Shown in pieces: positions 13,670 to 25,650 of a stretch of DNA of 64,000 nt. Source of the DNA: Callorhinchus milii (taxonomy: Eukaryota); NCBI RefSeq assembly GCF_018977255.1, contig NW_024704743.1, forward strand, positions 40,798,001-40,862,000, given 5' to 3'. How positions within the stretch are numbered: position 1 is the stretch's first letter; each line of letters starts with the position of its first letter. The notes below the pieces were generated by a model. That model was not told the DNA's origin, made no database searches, and worked only from the letters and a program-made list of their open reading frames with translations. The translations under genes and the position numbers were made by a program.

Positions 13670-13995
13670 AAACAAGCATTACATTTAATACAATGCCTTT
13701 TATATTAGGATATCAGAAGGAAGTCCTAAAGCACTTCACAAGATTAATGTAAAGACGATGTATGAGTATTTTATTGGTGAACATGGCCCTCAATTTGCAC
13801 ACAACAAAGTCCCACAAACGACCATGAAGTGAATCATCAATATTATCTGAAGGATATTTTTGCAAAAAGTGCAAAGGGAACAGGCTGATGGACCTCTGTT
13901 TAACGTCTAATTCAAAGGACATCATCTCCAACAATGTAGCATTCCCCCAACACTGAGCCCATGAACTTTGTGACTCAGAGGTGAGAGTACTAGGC
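13670..13995 (-). mobile_element. Old Deu-type SINE
   Basis: caatttgcacacaacaaagtcccacaaac, gacctctgtttaacgtct, tgactcagaggtgagagt. Confidence 0.6.
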
Positions 13996-15329
13996 TGACG
14001 TCTTTTGAAAATTTGATGGAACGTTGTCTAGGACATGGTTATAAGAACATAGAAATGTTATCAATTATGAAAGGAGAAAAGTCTATTCAGCCAAACAAAT
14101 ATGAATTCCAACTGACCATAAAAAAAATGAAGCATCAAGAAGTCTTGATAATGAAGTTAATCTCCTGAGGGGGGAGTAAAATAAATACAAGAAAAACTCC
14201 CAAGAAGTGAAAACTTCAACATTTCTCACTGACTGATGGCACTAAGTAAAACAAAGTTGCAATGCCAGTGACATCAATCTAACATGGCAATCTCATTACT
14301 CAACCTTGATCAGTTCCATTCGATAGATGACAGTTTTATGGTTTCAGCAAAAGAGTTTTCAGGATAGTATTTGATCATCTATATGTGTGTTTATTCCTGG
14401 ATCTGATAAGTGAATGAACAAGATGGAATGTGGCGCCATGATCATTTATTACTGATTAGATTATTTAATCAGAACTGTGACTTCTGTCAATGTTTCAGTT
14501 AATGTCTGGCTCTTAAGCATGAGTTGAATCATATCTCATGACCAACACTGGAATGTCACAATCCATAGAGCAGGGGTTTCTATGGCAGTCACTGACTGGT
14601 TCAATATCCATTGAGGAGCATTTTGGCATTGTCAACCATTTTGACAAAGTTTGTAATTTTTCAGAGATATATTGACTGAGGCATTGACAGGAGCAAAATT
14701 TCTGACAACATGACACTATTCACTACCATCAGTGGCCGAGCCTTCAGTCATTACACTACAACCAAGACATCGGATACTACACCCCAATCTTTTGTTAATT
14801 GATATCAATTTTTAATCACACTTGATACCTTTTAAAAGTTATCATTAATATCACATTGAATTGGTTATACGGTTCTGCATATTTTATGCCATAATTTCAA
14901 GTTGTAGCATATTGGGTTTGAAACTAAAAACTGTAGGCCTGCAATTCCAGACAAACCTGAGCAGAGTTAATGATGGAAATTGGCTAGCGAAATGCAATAA
15001 CCTGTGTTAATATTGAAGATAAATTCCATTGGTCTTTTTCCCAGCATTAAAAATTTAACATTATCACAAAAAAACTTAATAGGCCGTCATTAATGCAAGA
15101 AATGGAGATCAGTGTTAGTTTGTTCTGTAAATTTAGACTATGATTTTAGATTGCTTCAAGATCAACTCTGATTTATAGCTGTTGTATGTTGGTGTACATG
15201 CTAAAAGCTGCTGCAGAGGACTAAACCTGACATGTTGGTCAGCAGATATGACTGAAAATGAAGGGCACTCTATAAATGCAAGTTGTTGTAAAAAAAAAAT
15301 CTTTTCAGCTAATTATGCTTTCAACTATA

Positions 15330-15800
15330 AATGTTTCAAAGCACTTTACACAGCTGACTGGGTGCTCAAGCTCACAACTGGATTGGAAAGGGGAATGAAA
15401 TGTGACCAAATGTAAGGTTGAAAAGAATGATCTTAAGAGGGACTTTAATTGTTGGAAAGGCATTAGTGAAGATGGCATTCCAGAGAGCAGGGTCAGAAAG
15501 ATGAAAAGCTCACTGATGGGTGGGGCAAAAGGGCGGGATACATGAAGCAGCCTTGTGAGCTGAGTGGACTGAGTGGATAGGATAGGAGGTTTGCGGGAGG
15601 TCACAGATATAGAGTGAAGTGATTCCACGGAGGGATTTGAATATCAGGATAATGATCTTGAATTCAATCCATTAGGGGATTGCAAGTCGATGGAGACTAG
15701 CAAGAATGTGGGGGATAGGTTCACAGAGCCTGGTGCAGGAGAGGACACAGGTTGCAGATGTTCTGCTGCTTGTGTAGGGATGAACTGGGAGGGGTGGATG
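15330..15800 (-). mobile_element. Old L2 3' fragment
   Basis: Similar to other L2 copies (atcttgaattcaatcc, cctggtgcaggagaggacac). Confidence 0.65.
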
Positions 15801-16661
15801 GTGGATGTTTTGGAAATAACTATTTCTGGGACTAAAACCAACATTTTGTGCAATATAGAATACATTTATTGTAGTTAAATGACAATAATTCGCAGATTTT
15901 AGAACTTGGATATCTAGTGAGTGAATTCATTCTTAGTCATTCCACAAGTCCAACACATGGCAGGATAGAGAACAACCAAAGCACCATGATATAGCCATTT
16001 GCCACCAAGTGGCTCTGCCTGTTCATGAGATTGAAAATTTCTTCCTAAATTATCTTACATTAAAGTTCTCACATCCAGAATATGATTTAGGAAGTTTGTT
16101 CAGGTATTTAAAGAGTTGCTTCTGTGTTGAAACAGATGGTTGTTTGTGGGACATTCTTGTGCACAAATTGGCAGCTATGTTCGCCTACAAATACAGTCAT
16201 TACACTTTGCAGTGAAATCCTATGAAGACAAGACCATCCTGGCCAAAGATCCCCTAGAATCTTCAACCTTGATAAAATCAGTGGCTTACTCCACTTCAGC
16301 CAATTGAAGTGTGCGTGAGAGACAGTACAGTGTGCAAATTGGCTGCTGTGTTTGCCTGCAGATACAGTCACTACACTGTAAATCCCATGCAGCTCTTTGA
16401 GATGGCCTCCCGACTTGTCAATGTTATCAATCACAGTGATTATTATTATTATAAGAGCTGCAGATACTCCTGGTTACACATCACATCCCTCAAACAGCTT
16501 CAAAAGCACCTATTTGTATGGAATTGCAGAGTCGACACTACTATTGGTTTTATGTGAAACTCTGCTGAAGAAAGTTTTCTCAAGAGCCACTGACCTTCTT
16601 TGTAAATATTTAACCTATACAATATTAATATCTATTTTGGAATTGTTACCATTATATATAA

Positions 16662-16769
16662 CTAGCTGGCTGTACCTGTTGCAGCTTTGCTTGCAATCAA
16701 AGGATCCAATATGGAATGCAGATTGACACACAGACAGACACACAGACATTTCATCTTTATTAGTGTAGA
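16662..16769 (-). mobile_element. 108-bp non-autonomous Helitron-like element
   Basis: Minus strand reads A|TCTACACTAATAAAG..(GTCT/GTGT)n..TTGCAAGCAAAGCTGCAA..CAGCTAG|T. It has a 5' TC, 3' CTAG, a subterminal hairpin, an A^T target and no TSD. Confidence 0.7.
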
Positions 16770-17610
16770 TTATTATATAAAATTAGATACATAAGGGGAT
16801 GACTAAAGTCCAGAAGGGGAGGGGCTAAACCCCACCCCTGGTTGGGGCCCCAACTCGAGATCCACCTGGCTGGCCTTGCCTTGCCATTGATAGCACTGTC
16901 TGTCACGTTTTCTCGCTGCTTGTCCAGCTAGGTCCATCCTACCAGTTAGAGTTTTGGCTCACAGAGATAACATGAGCTGAGTGGGAGGACTCCATGCCCC
17001 CTGTGACTGGTCTGCTCTTCCAAGTCCTGCTGCACTGTAAACTACATGCAGCAGAATCTGATAATTTGCCCCGGATACCTCATCACTCACTCATTATCCT
17101 GGTTATTTCCCAATAAGATAACTAGTTATCCTCTGATAAGTTGTCTCTCTGGATATGTCGTAACTCGGAAAGTTCTTGCCCTTTGTTCCGTGTAAAATAC
17201 CTCTGATAACTCGTTTTATTGGGTCTTCAAAATTTTAAAAGGCATTAAAATGGCATTTGTCTCAGGGAGTTGCAACAAAGTATAAAGTGCCCAAGACTAC
17301 AATTAATGATTGGATGACAAACAAAGATAAGATTCTCCATGCTGTTAATTTTCCAACAGTTCTTCTCAACCACATGTGCTCATAAAAGATATAGACAACC
17401 ATCACAGATTTCTTCAACATCTCCAATTCAGGGGCTCATTTCATTCACCATGGACAATTGGTGTAAAGCTAGCATTTTTTGTGACTAAGGTCATTTTTGC
17501 TATTTATTGGGTTATCAGCTTGTTTGTGTTTTATGTTTAGCAGTATATACTGGATGCATCTGCTTTCTGTTTCTTGAATTTGTATATAAACTAAATGCTT
17601 TAAAGACTTA

Positions 17611-17982
17611 TAATAATAATAATCCTTACATTTGATATAGCGCCTTATCACATCTTCTAGACATCTCAAAGTGCTTCACAGACTACACGGAAAAGTGAAT
17701 TGACTATGAATTTTGTGGACAAAATACGGCAGCCAATTGCACACAGCAGTGTCCCACAAACAGTTGTGGATTGAAGACTTAGTGACCAAGTTATTATTAT
17801 TTTTTGGAAAGGAATTATTATCCCCGGAAAAGCAATCAACTGACAACCAGGTTCCTACTTACTGCTAGGGTAACAGAGGCGTGTGGAGTAAGGAAACTTG
17901 CCCAACATTTTTCCCTGCAGGGAATCGAAGCCAGATCTCTCGCTTGTGGGTGAGTACTCCAACCATTGAGCTACAAGACTCC
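17611..17982 (-). mobile_element. tRNA-derived SINE, long variant
   Basis: Full head, CORE-like middle (caggttcctacttactgctagggtaacagaggc on +), older-type tail. Confidence 0.9.
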
Positions 17983-18142
17983 ATGTGAAAGCATTTAGAA
18001 TAAGAAAAACTTAAGATATTTAGAAAATCCTTTCTCACCCTTACCCATATTTAATGGATCAATAACAATATCTAATTTTCTATTCAGTTAAATATCTTAT
18101 GCTGTTGAATTGTGTATTCTAATCAGTGTCTTTACTGCGTCA

Positions 18143-18904
18143 TCTTCTATACTAATAAAGATATAATGTCTGTCTGTGTAACAGCCAATAACTCAATAGC
18201 CGATTGACGTAGAGACATGATTTATACCTTATCGGAAAGGTATTGCGTGGGGGAGTGTCACAGGCACATGTTTTTTGGGATATTTCCTATTGTTGATAAG
18301 CTATGACCTAAACAAGCCCATTACACATGTATGGCAGTTACATGTAATCTGCAGGTGTACCTTGTGGCCGCGCAAACTCCCAGTGGTGCTGTGGCATGCA
18401 GTACTCACGCAGATGAAGCCGAGCGGCAGCAACAACATGGCGTCGTGGAATTTGTCTCGAGCAGCATTGATGGTAGCCATTCGTCTGGTTTTCCTCTTGC
18501 TCCTGGGCGGCCCCGAGTTGGGCGACACGATGTCGGAGTTGGGCAGGTGGTGGGTGATGGTTGGCTCTGTAAGGCCACGGGGTTTCCTGGTTCCTCCAGG
18601 CTGTGACTAGCCAGGAAGGGTGAAGCCTGGGGTTTGAATTGGGACCTTACCCAGTTCTGCGGTTAACCTTTCCCCCTCTGGTGCTTAGCCCCTCACCTTA
18701 TGTATATAACGGTGCTGGGGTTTAGCCCCGTCCACTCTGGAGTTTAGCACCTCCCCCTCTCCTCCTTCTTATATATTATTATTAGTTATTATTATTATAT
18801 ACAGTGTTTATGGCATGTTAAATGGTTCTGGAGTAATATCACTGAAATCTACATTGCATATTGGATCCTTTGATTGCAAGCGTAGCTGCAACGGGTCCAG
18901 CCAG
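18143..18904 (+). mobile_element. ~760-bp Helitron-like element with internal cargo
   Basis: Starts A|TCTTCTATACTAATAAAGATATAATGTCTGTCTG. The last 59 bp match the 16.7-kb element at 53/59, include the hairpin TTGCAAGCGTAGCTGCAA and end CCAG|T. Confidence 0.65.
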
Positions 18905-20859
18905 TATATATATAAATTTTTTTAAAAATTGAGACATTTCCCTGTTTCATTTTTAATGTTTTCCCTACACTTCAGACTCCCAAAGTCACATACAGAATAC
19001 AGGATGGAATCCAGCTCGAAGGCTGTATCACTTCCCACAGAAACAGTGAGGAGGAGATGCCCTGCAGCAGTGAAGAGCCTGTCATTGTGGTGCAGTCTAA
19101 TTAGTTGTGCATTGGAGGGGTTTGGGCATCATTTAATCAATAAATCAATGAAAATTGCCCCCTATTTCACTGAACCTGACTTTAAAATAATATATTCTGG
19201 CTTCTGAAGCAGATAGCAGCAGTGGCCATCTGGTTTCTTTTTCATTGGAGGAAACCTTCAGATCTGGCAGTCGGTCTAATTCAGTACTCAGTAAACTGTG
19301 ACTTTATAAATCTCCCAAATGTTGGGAATGCGGAGTCAACAAGGCTGTAAGAAGTTTCATATGATTACATAAGAAGCATCATTTTAATATTTAATGATGT
19401 TATGAATTTAAAACTACCATAATGAAATATTGTTTGTTATCAAATTCAATATGAGAACACAAGCACACATGCTACAGGTTAGCACTCCATCTAACTTGTT
19501 TTTTTGCGGAGTGTGCTGTCTTTTCTCTTTCTAATCATGTATAAATAATGTAAACAACAGCTGACATCTCTGTGGAACCTTACTCGTCACAGCACTCAGA
19601 CAGATCTTACGAACACTGCTATCTGGTGGCAAGCAAAATTTTAGACGAGCTGGCTAATTCATGTGAATTATCCACTTTAAAGTTTTAAAACTTTCTGAAA
19701 ATTTAAGCATAATGGATATTTCTGATCTTCTAATTTATTGATATGCTCCTGAAATTCTCAGTGTAATCTTATATCAAACAATAGTTTATGCCACCGGGAA
19801 TATTCACAGCATCTCATATAATCTTTTTGAATAATTTTGACATTCCAGATATAAAATAACTTCTGCAGAATCGTCTGATTCGTGGCTCACATCTGGATAT
19901 CTGGATTAGATGATCTACCTCCCAGTCTTCACCAAAAACCTTTGTATAATACAAAGCTCTAATAAATAAAATTAGATATTTTCCTCCTTCCTTCCTTGAG
20001 GATTCAATTGAACATTCTATCTTGGCCAGATACCATATAAACATTTGATGCTATTCTTTAGAATATCAGCCTTACTGTCATTTGCATATGTTGCAGCTTT
20101 AATCAGATCTGGAATTTATTCATAAGTATTAAATGAACAAATTAATTAATGTTATAGGATAAAACCATTGAAGCATGTATTTTGTGTTCAAAATTGTTGT
20201 CCCAAATGGTCCTTATGCAAATCTCTTCAGCTTGTATCCTTTTTCAGACCAAGTTCCACAAACCCTTCCCCTATCCTGAGCAGGCTCATCCAAATTCAAT
20301 TCACGCTATCTGAGACCGTATTCAAGCTATCACATTCCACTGCCCAAATCACTATGATTCCCCGGCACTCATACAGTATAAGGTTAGAATTATGTTTCTT
20401 GGTATCTCTGAACTAGTGCTCCCTTGAACTCTCTTCTTGGTTCAAAATTGTAAAAATTTCAACATCTTTTCTTCAATGATATCATCTTGCAAGATGATCT
20501 ACTTTAAAAATGCGTTGCTCAGGAAGGAAACTGAGTGCACAGATGTATTGAGACCTGAAATCATTTGCGACTTCCATGAATGTAGGGCACAAAATTCTAG
20601 AATATAAATGTATAACAAGCTAATGTCAGTTTGCTTGTTTGCTTCCCCCTATTACTGGTTCAGTAGCACCTGATATTCTGGGGAATGTGTAAATCTTCCG
20701 GATCATGTGAAGCTGCTCAGCAGCATCAATAGAACAGAACAGTGCACAGTTTGTTGAAAAACATACACACAGCTCATGGGGTTAATAAAAANTCATTACA
20801 TTTGATGATAATCTCTTAAAGACGCAACACTTTTGCAAATTCCATCATTAATAATAATC

Positions 20860-21275
20860 AATGGATAATCATTTAATATAGTGCCTTTCATGTCAGGAAG
20901 AAATTTAAAATATGCTGTCAAGTGCAGTGATTGTGTGTTTGTTGGCAAATGCAGCCTGCAGTTGTGCACAGCAATATCTCACCACCAGCCATGAAATCAA
21001 TGACCAATTTAAAATGGGAGATTGTTGGCCAAGACACTGGGAGAAACTCCTGTTTCTTTTTGAATAATGCCATGCGATCTTTAACGTATTCCTGGACAGG
21101 CAGACAACACCTCGGTTTAAAGTTTCGTTTAAAGGACTGCATCTGCATTAATGCAGCACACTCTTTGGAGTATCAGCCTGGCAGTCTGGACAATATGAGC
21201 TCCAAGTTCCAAGGCATGGCTAGAACCCAAAGCCTCTGACTCAGAGGGAAGTGTACTATTAACTCAACAAAGCTG
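20860..21275 (-). mobile_element. Deu-type SINE
   Basis: gttggccaagacactgggagaaactcc, gccatgcgatcttt, cctcggtttaaagtttc, ctctgactcagagg. Confidence 0.7.
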
Positions 21276-21284
21276 ACAGGGGAA

Positions 21285-21748
21285 AAGGGTTTCAGCAGCC
21301 TGAGCAGAGAGGCAGTGGTGGAGCTGGACAGTGTTGCGGAGGTGGGGGAAGGCAGAGCGGGTCTTGGCATGGATGTGGGGTAGAAAGGATGGTTGAGGGT
21401 CAAACAAGACTCCAAGGTTCCGGACTGGCTTACAAGGTGGAGTGTGTAACCATGGATGGTGATGCTGTCAACGCCTGAGGTGAGGAGGCACTGACGGGAT
21501 CCAATCAGGAGAGCCTCGGTCTTGTTGCCGTTCAACTGTAGAAAGTTAGCTCTCATCCAGAACTTGATGTCTGACAGACATTCTGTCAGGACAGCAGTGG
21601 TCCTGGAGTCGAGGGTGGAGGCAGAGAGGTAGAGTTGGATGTCACCTGCATACTTGTGGAAGTTGACTCCATGTCTGCACATGATGTCATCAACAGGGTA
21701 ACATGTAGACATTAAAGAGGAGAGAACCCAAGGACAAGCCCTGAGCCC
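21285..21748 (-). mobile_element. L2 RT fragment
   Basis: ORF 21173-21712: HGVNFHKYAGDIQLYLS..CLSDIKFWMRANFLQLNGNKTE. Confidence 0.9.
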
Positions 21749-21849
21749 CCTCCCACCACTGCTGAAACACTAGAATTTCTGTACATTTAGTGCTGTTTAC
21801 TCCAGCCTTTATCTGCATAGTGCTTCTGTGAGAATTGTTATTATTGATT

Positions 21850-21915
21850 TACTTTACTTAAATTACTTATTACTTAAATTACTTAAATTACTTATTACTT
21901 AAATTTACTTATTGA
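21850..21915. repeat. AT-rich minisatellite (TTACTTAAA/TTACTTA units)
   Basis: ttacttaaattacttattacttaaattacttaaattacttattacttaaa. Confidence 0.8.
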
Positions 21916-22254
21916 TAACCTTAGTTTGAGAGGTAAACCAAGTGAAACTCGTGTCTGAGTCCATCCCCACTTGATAACAGTATTCACAGAAACATGATTA
22001 TTTCAACAGTTTGAGGAGTTTTAAAAAATTGTAAAGTGTTACATTTACACCAATCAGAATCTAGGGTGAGATATTTATCATCCACTAAGTATAGTGACAG
22101 TGACAGTGTGTTAACATCCAGTGTTCCTCTCTTGTTGGCACACTTATTAGCAGGAGCAATTTTTCACTCCTAGCGTCAGTTAATTCTCAGGTGTTAATCT
22201 AATACGCTCACTTGAAAATGAATACAGTAGCTGCTGTTTATTCTGTTCATTGTC

Positions 22255-22620
22255 AGTTTGGCTCAGCTGGAAGCTATCTTGCCTCTATGCCAGAAGATCA
22301 GATTTTTTTGATTTTTTTCATGGTTCAAGCTGACAATCTGAGGATTTTCTATATTAATGGAGGTGCCAACCTTCAGTCAAAATGATATACACAAGTCCTC
22401 TCTGTACGTTTACGTTGATGTTAAAGATCCCATGACAATATTCTCAAAGTGAACCTAATTTTTCCGTTTGTGTCTGCTGTCAATCCTCCAGATTACAAAT
22501 TGATCATTTACTTCTTGCCTCTTTGTGGGAAATTATTCTGCAGGGATTGGCAGCCGTGTTCACTTACAAATATACAGTTGTTACATTTTACAGAAAACTC
22601 TGCAATACTTTTCAATGTGA
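22255..22620 (+). mobile_element. Deu-type SINE, old
   Basis: ggctcagctggaagc head, ggaggtgccaacc, gttaaagatcccatg, ttggcagccgtgtt. Confidence 0.6.
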
Positions 22621-23599
22621 TAAGGAATTGAATCAAATGCTAGGTTTGAGACTTCGAACTCATGGTCTAAGATGGCATTCATATACTTATGCATTGTTGG
22701 AATGCCATCATTCAGAAGAGACATCATTTATTGCAGTTGTGTTAAACAAGAAATTACATCGATAATGACCTAATGTCCCAGAACCCAACCAACTATGGTT
22801 AAAAAAAAGCCAACCTCTGGGTCATCAGCCACCATTTTTCTATCAGTTATTGTTTTCTTTAGGTGAAAAAACAAGTAGTAATGTTGTGCTAATGTAATGG
22901 GAACTGTGGAAATACTACAATTTAGAAGCCATAATAGTATGGCAAATTCATTTTATTTTCTAAGATCTTATGTTATTCGCATCTATCTGATCTTCTGTGA
23001 GGCATGTCTGCATTCAACCTGTGTCATGGCCGACACTGTAAATAAGTGACATCAAAGAAGCAAAAACAATAAAGCAGATTATTGCTCCTGCAATCTACTC
23101 TCACTTAATAACAACAACTTGCACTTATATAGCACCCTGTCTCAGAGCACTTGAACAAAGGACAAAGACATTTATGCTCCATATATAGTTTTTGAAAGAA
23201 AAAAAATAACCTGGTAGTTTTATGACAGCATATTTTATATCGTGTCAGTTTTGATAGAATAAATATATTAGGTTTCTCTGGGCCTCTGATATATAAAACA
23301 TCACAATTCTGAATTAGAAGTTGTTTGTTTTAACTACTAGGTAAAAGGCACATGAAAACAACAGATGGTCAGTGATATATTAGTGAACTGCATGCAGCCG
23401 CTCAGTTCAGCACACATGAATGAGCTCTACTGGTATCACACAATGGTTGTGAATCCAGCGGCAGTGTGATAGCAGCCGTCTGACATTAATCTCCTGTGAG
23501 GCTATGTTGAACAACTGTGAGGTGATACCTGACATGGCAGAGCCTCGGAATCGCTTCTGTTTTGAGTATTAAATAATTAGATTATATTACATAATTAAC

Positions 23600-23755
23600 C
23601 AGCTTGGATAATTATTTGGGGAGGACAAGTTTGCTGGGCTATGGGGAGAGAGTGGGTGAGTGGGATTGATTTGGATAGCTCTTTTCAAAGAGCCAGCACA
23701 GACACAATGGGCTGAATGGCCTCCTTCTGTGCTGTATAGTTCTATAATTCTATGA
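23600..23755 (+). mobile_element. CR1 3' tail (or CR1-tailed SINE end)
   Basis: gagccagcacagacacaatgggctgaatggcctccttctgtgctgta..ttctatgatt. Confidence 0.8.
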
Positions 23756-24262
23756 TTACAAATTATAAAACAAAACCGACAAAGTAATGTTAGAATGATA
23801 CTAACCCTGTGTAATATAATCATGAAAAGATATCTGAAATAAATTTTTAAAATATCTTGAGAAGTATTCAATCCCATAACCCACAATTCTCAGCAATACA
23901 AATCTAAGGTGCAAAATATAATTATAATAATTATAATAATATTAATAATAATAATAATTTTGCATTCGATGTTACACACAGTAATTTGGCCTGGAAAATG
24001 ACTGTTCAACTCAACCATTCAAGAAGAAAAGGAATTTCCTCTGGCCCACAAATTATGACATTGCTATGCAAAACTTGGCTGCATATTCATCTCGAGATAG
24101 AGTCAAAATTGCTTTGAAGTATTTCGATGAGTTATATCGAATTCAAAGATTACTATTTTATTGTATAATGCAAACAACTGGTCAGTATATCAGGAGGAAC
24201 TCCAATATTCCTTGAGTATCACTTGCTCTGCGTACCTTGGCAACTCATGAAGCTATGGTAGT

Positions 24263-25650
24263 ACAACAACAACAACAAAATTACATTTGTATAGCGCCTT
24301 TCACGTCGGGAGGATGACGCAAGGCGCTGGACATTCTGTATTTCAGACCCGAGCTGGGGTTCGGGATTGGGGAGGGTGGAGGGCAGGGGGAAAGGAGCGT
24401 GTATCAAAACAACACTGGCCACTAGCACAACAGGCATAGTGATTGATCAAAATCTCCCCCCTGGACCAACGGCTGAAATCAACCGCGTGCCATCACTTCC
24501 CCGTGCCGTTTTTCAAACCTTCCAGGGATCTCCCTCAGACTCACCGAACCCATTTGCAACTTAGGCGTCAGGTTCAATCCCCAGCTTTCCTTTCTACCTC
24601 ACATCCGTTCCTTGACCAGCACCGCTTTTTTCCACCTCCGTCACATTGCCTGCCTCCTCACAACTAATGCAGCCAAAACCCTCATCGACATCTATGTCAC
24701 TTCCCGGCTGGACTATTCCAATACCCTCCTCACTGTTGTTGTGACATGTTATTTTCACTTTCTGCATGCAAACTCTGTAAAGCAAGCGTGTTATCAACTG
24801 ATTCCCAGTAATATACAACAATTAATGTTCAAGACATTTTCATGCAAATTCAAGGACTTCTTGTACATATTCATTGAGGCACAAGCTTATCTTCTAAGTG
24901 CTACCAATAACTCACTTCCATAGTTCCTGGCAACAGTTACAAAAATAGATCATATAATAAAGGAGGAATGAATAGTATGTTTTAAAGCTACTTAGCTGCT
25001 TCTGTTTTTCCCGGGTCCACCAGTCACAAAATCCAATTAATTAAAAATTCCACCGCCTGGATACTCACCCGTATAAAACTCCATACCTCCCATCACACCA
25101 GTCCTTACCAGGCTCCACTGGCCCCCAATTACCGAACGGATCCTCTCACTCGTTTTTAAATCCCTTCATGCCCTCGCATCTCCCTACCTATCCGACCCGC
25201 TTACCCCCCACTCCACCAACCCTGCCTCCGCTCGGCTGTCTCCAGCCTTCTATTTGTCTCTTGTCCCCTCCACTCCAACATCGGTGGGCGTGCCTTCAGC
25301 CACTATGCCCCGAAAGTTTGGAACTCTCTCCATCAATCCTTCCATCTTGCCCCCTCCCTCCCCACCTTCAAATCCCGCCTAAACTCATAGAAACATAGAA
25401 TTGTACAGCAAGAAGGAGGCCTTCAGCCCATTATGTCTGTGCCGGCTCTTTGAAAAGTGCTATCCAAATTGATCCCACTTGCCCACTCTCGCCCTGCAAA
25501 CCTGTCCTCCTTTTCTTCCTTTTTGATTGTGCTTACTGTAACCTGGCCCATCCATTTCTCTCTGGCTCAGCGTCTGACTCTGCCACTGTCAAGTGCTCTG
25601 GGATGCTACCCTATGTGAAGGCCGCCATATAAATGCAAGATGTTGTTATC
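24263..25650. mobile_element. Cluster of L2 fragments (tail on - at 24263-24400; old + pieces 24400-24735 and 25010-25650, with a CR1 tail at ~25385-25500)
   Basis: L2 stem-loop and tails, SRLDYSN motif, catagaaacatagaa CR1 tail. Confidence 0.7.

Noticed and set aside
14930..15145. Possible MITE with degenerate terminal inverted repeats
   Set aside because: Arms too diverged to separate from chance by eye.
17438..17458. REST/NRSE-like site (caccatggaca)
   Set aside because: The left half lacks TCAGC; partial match only.
19790..20800. Possible ancient coding or retroelement remnant
   Set aside because: No recognisable motif in any frame.
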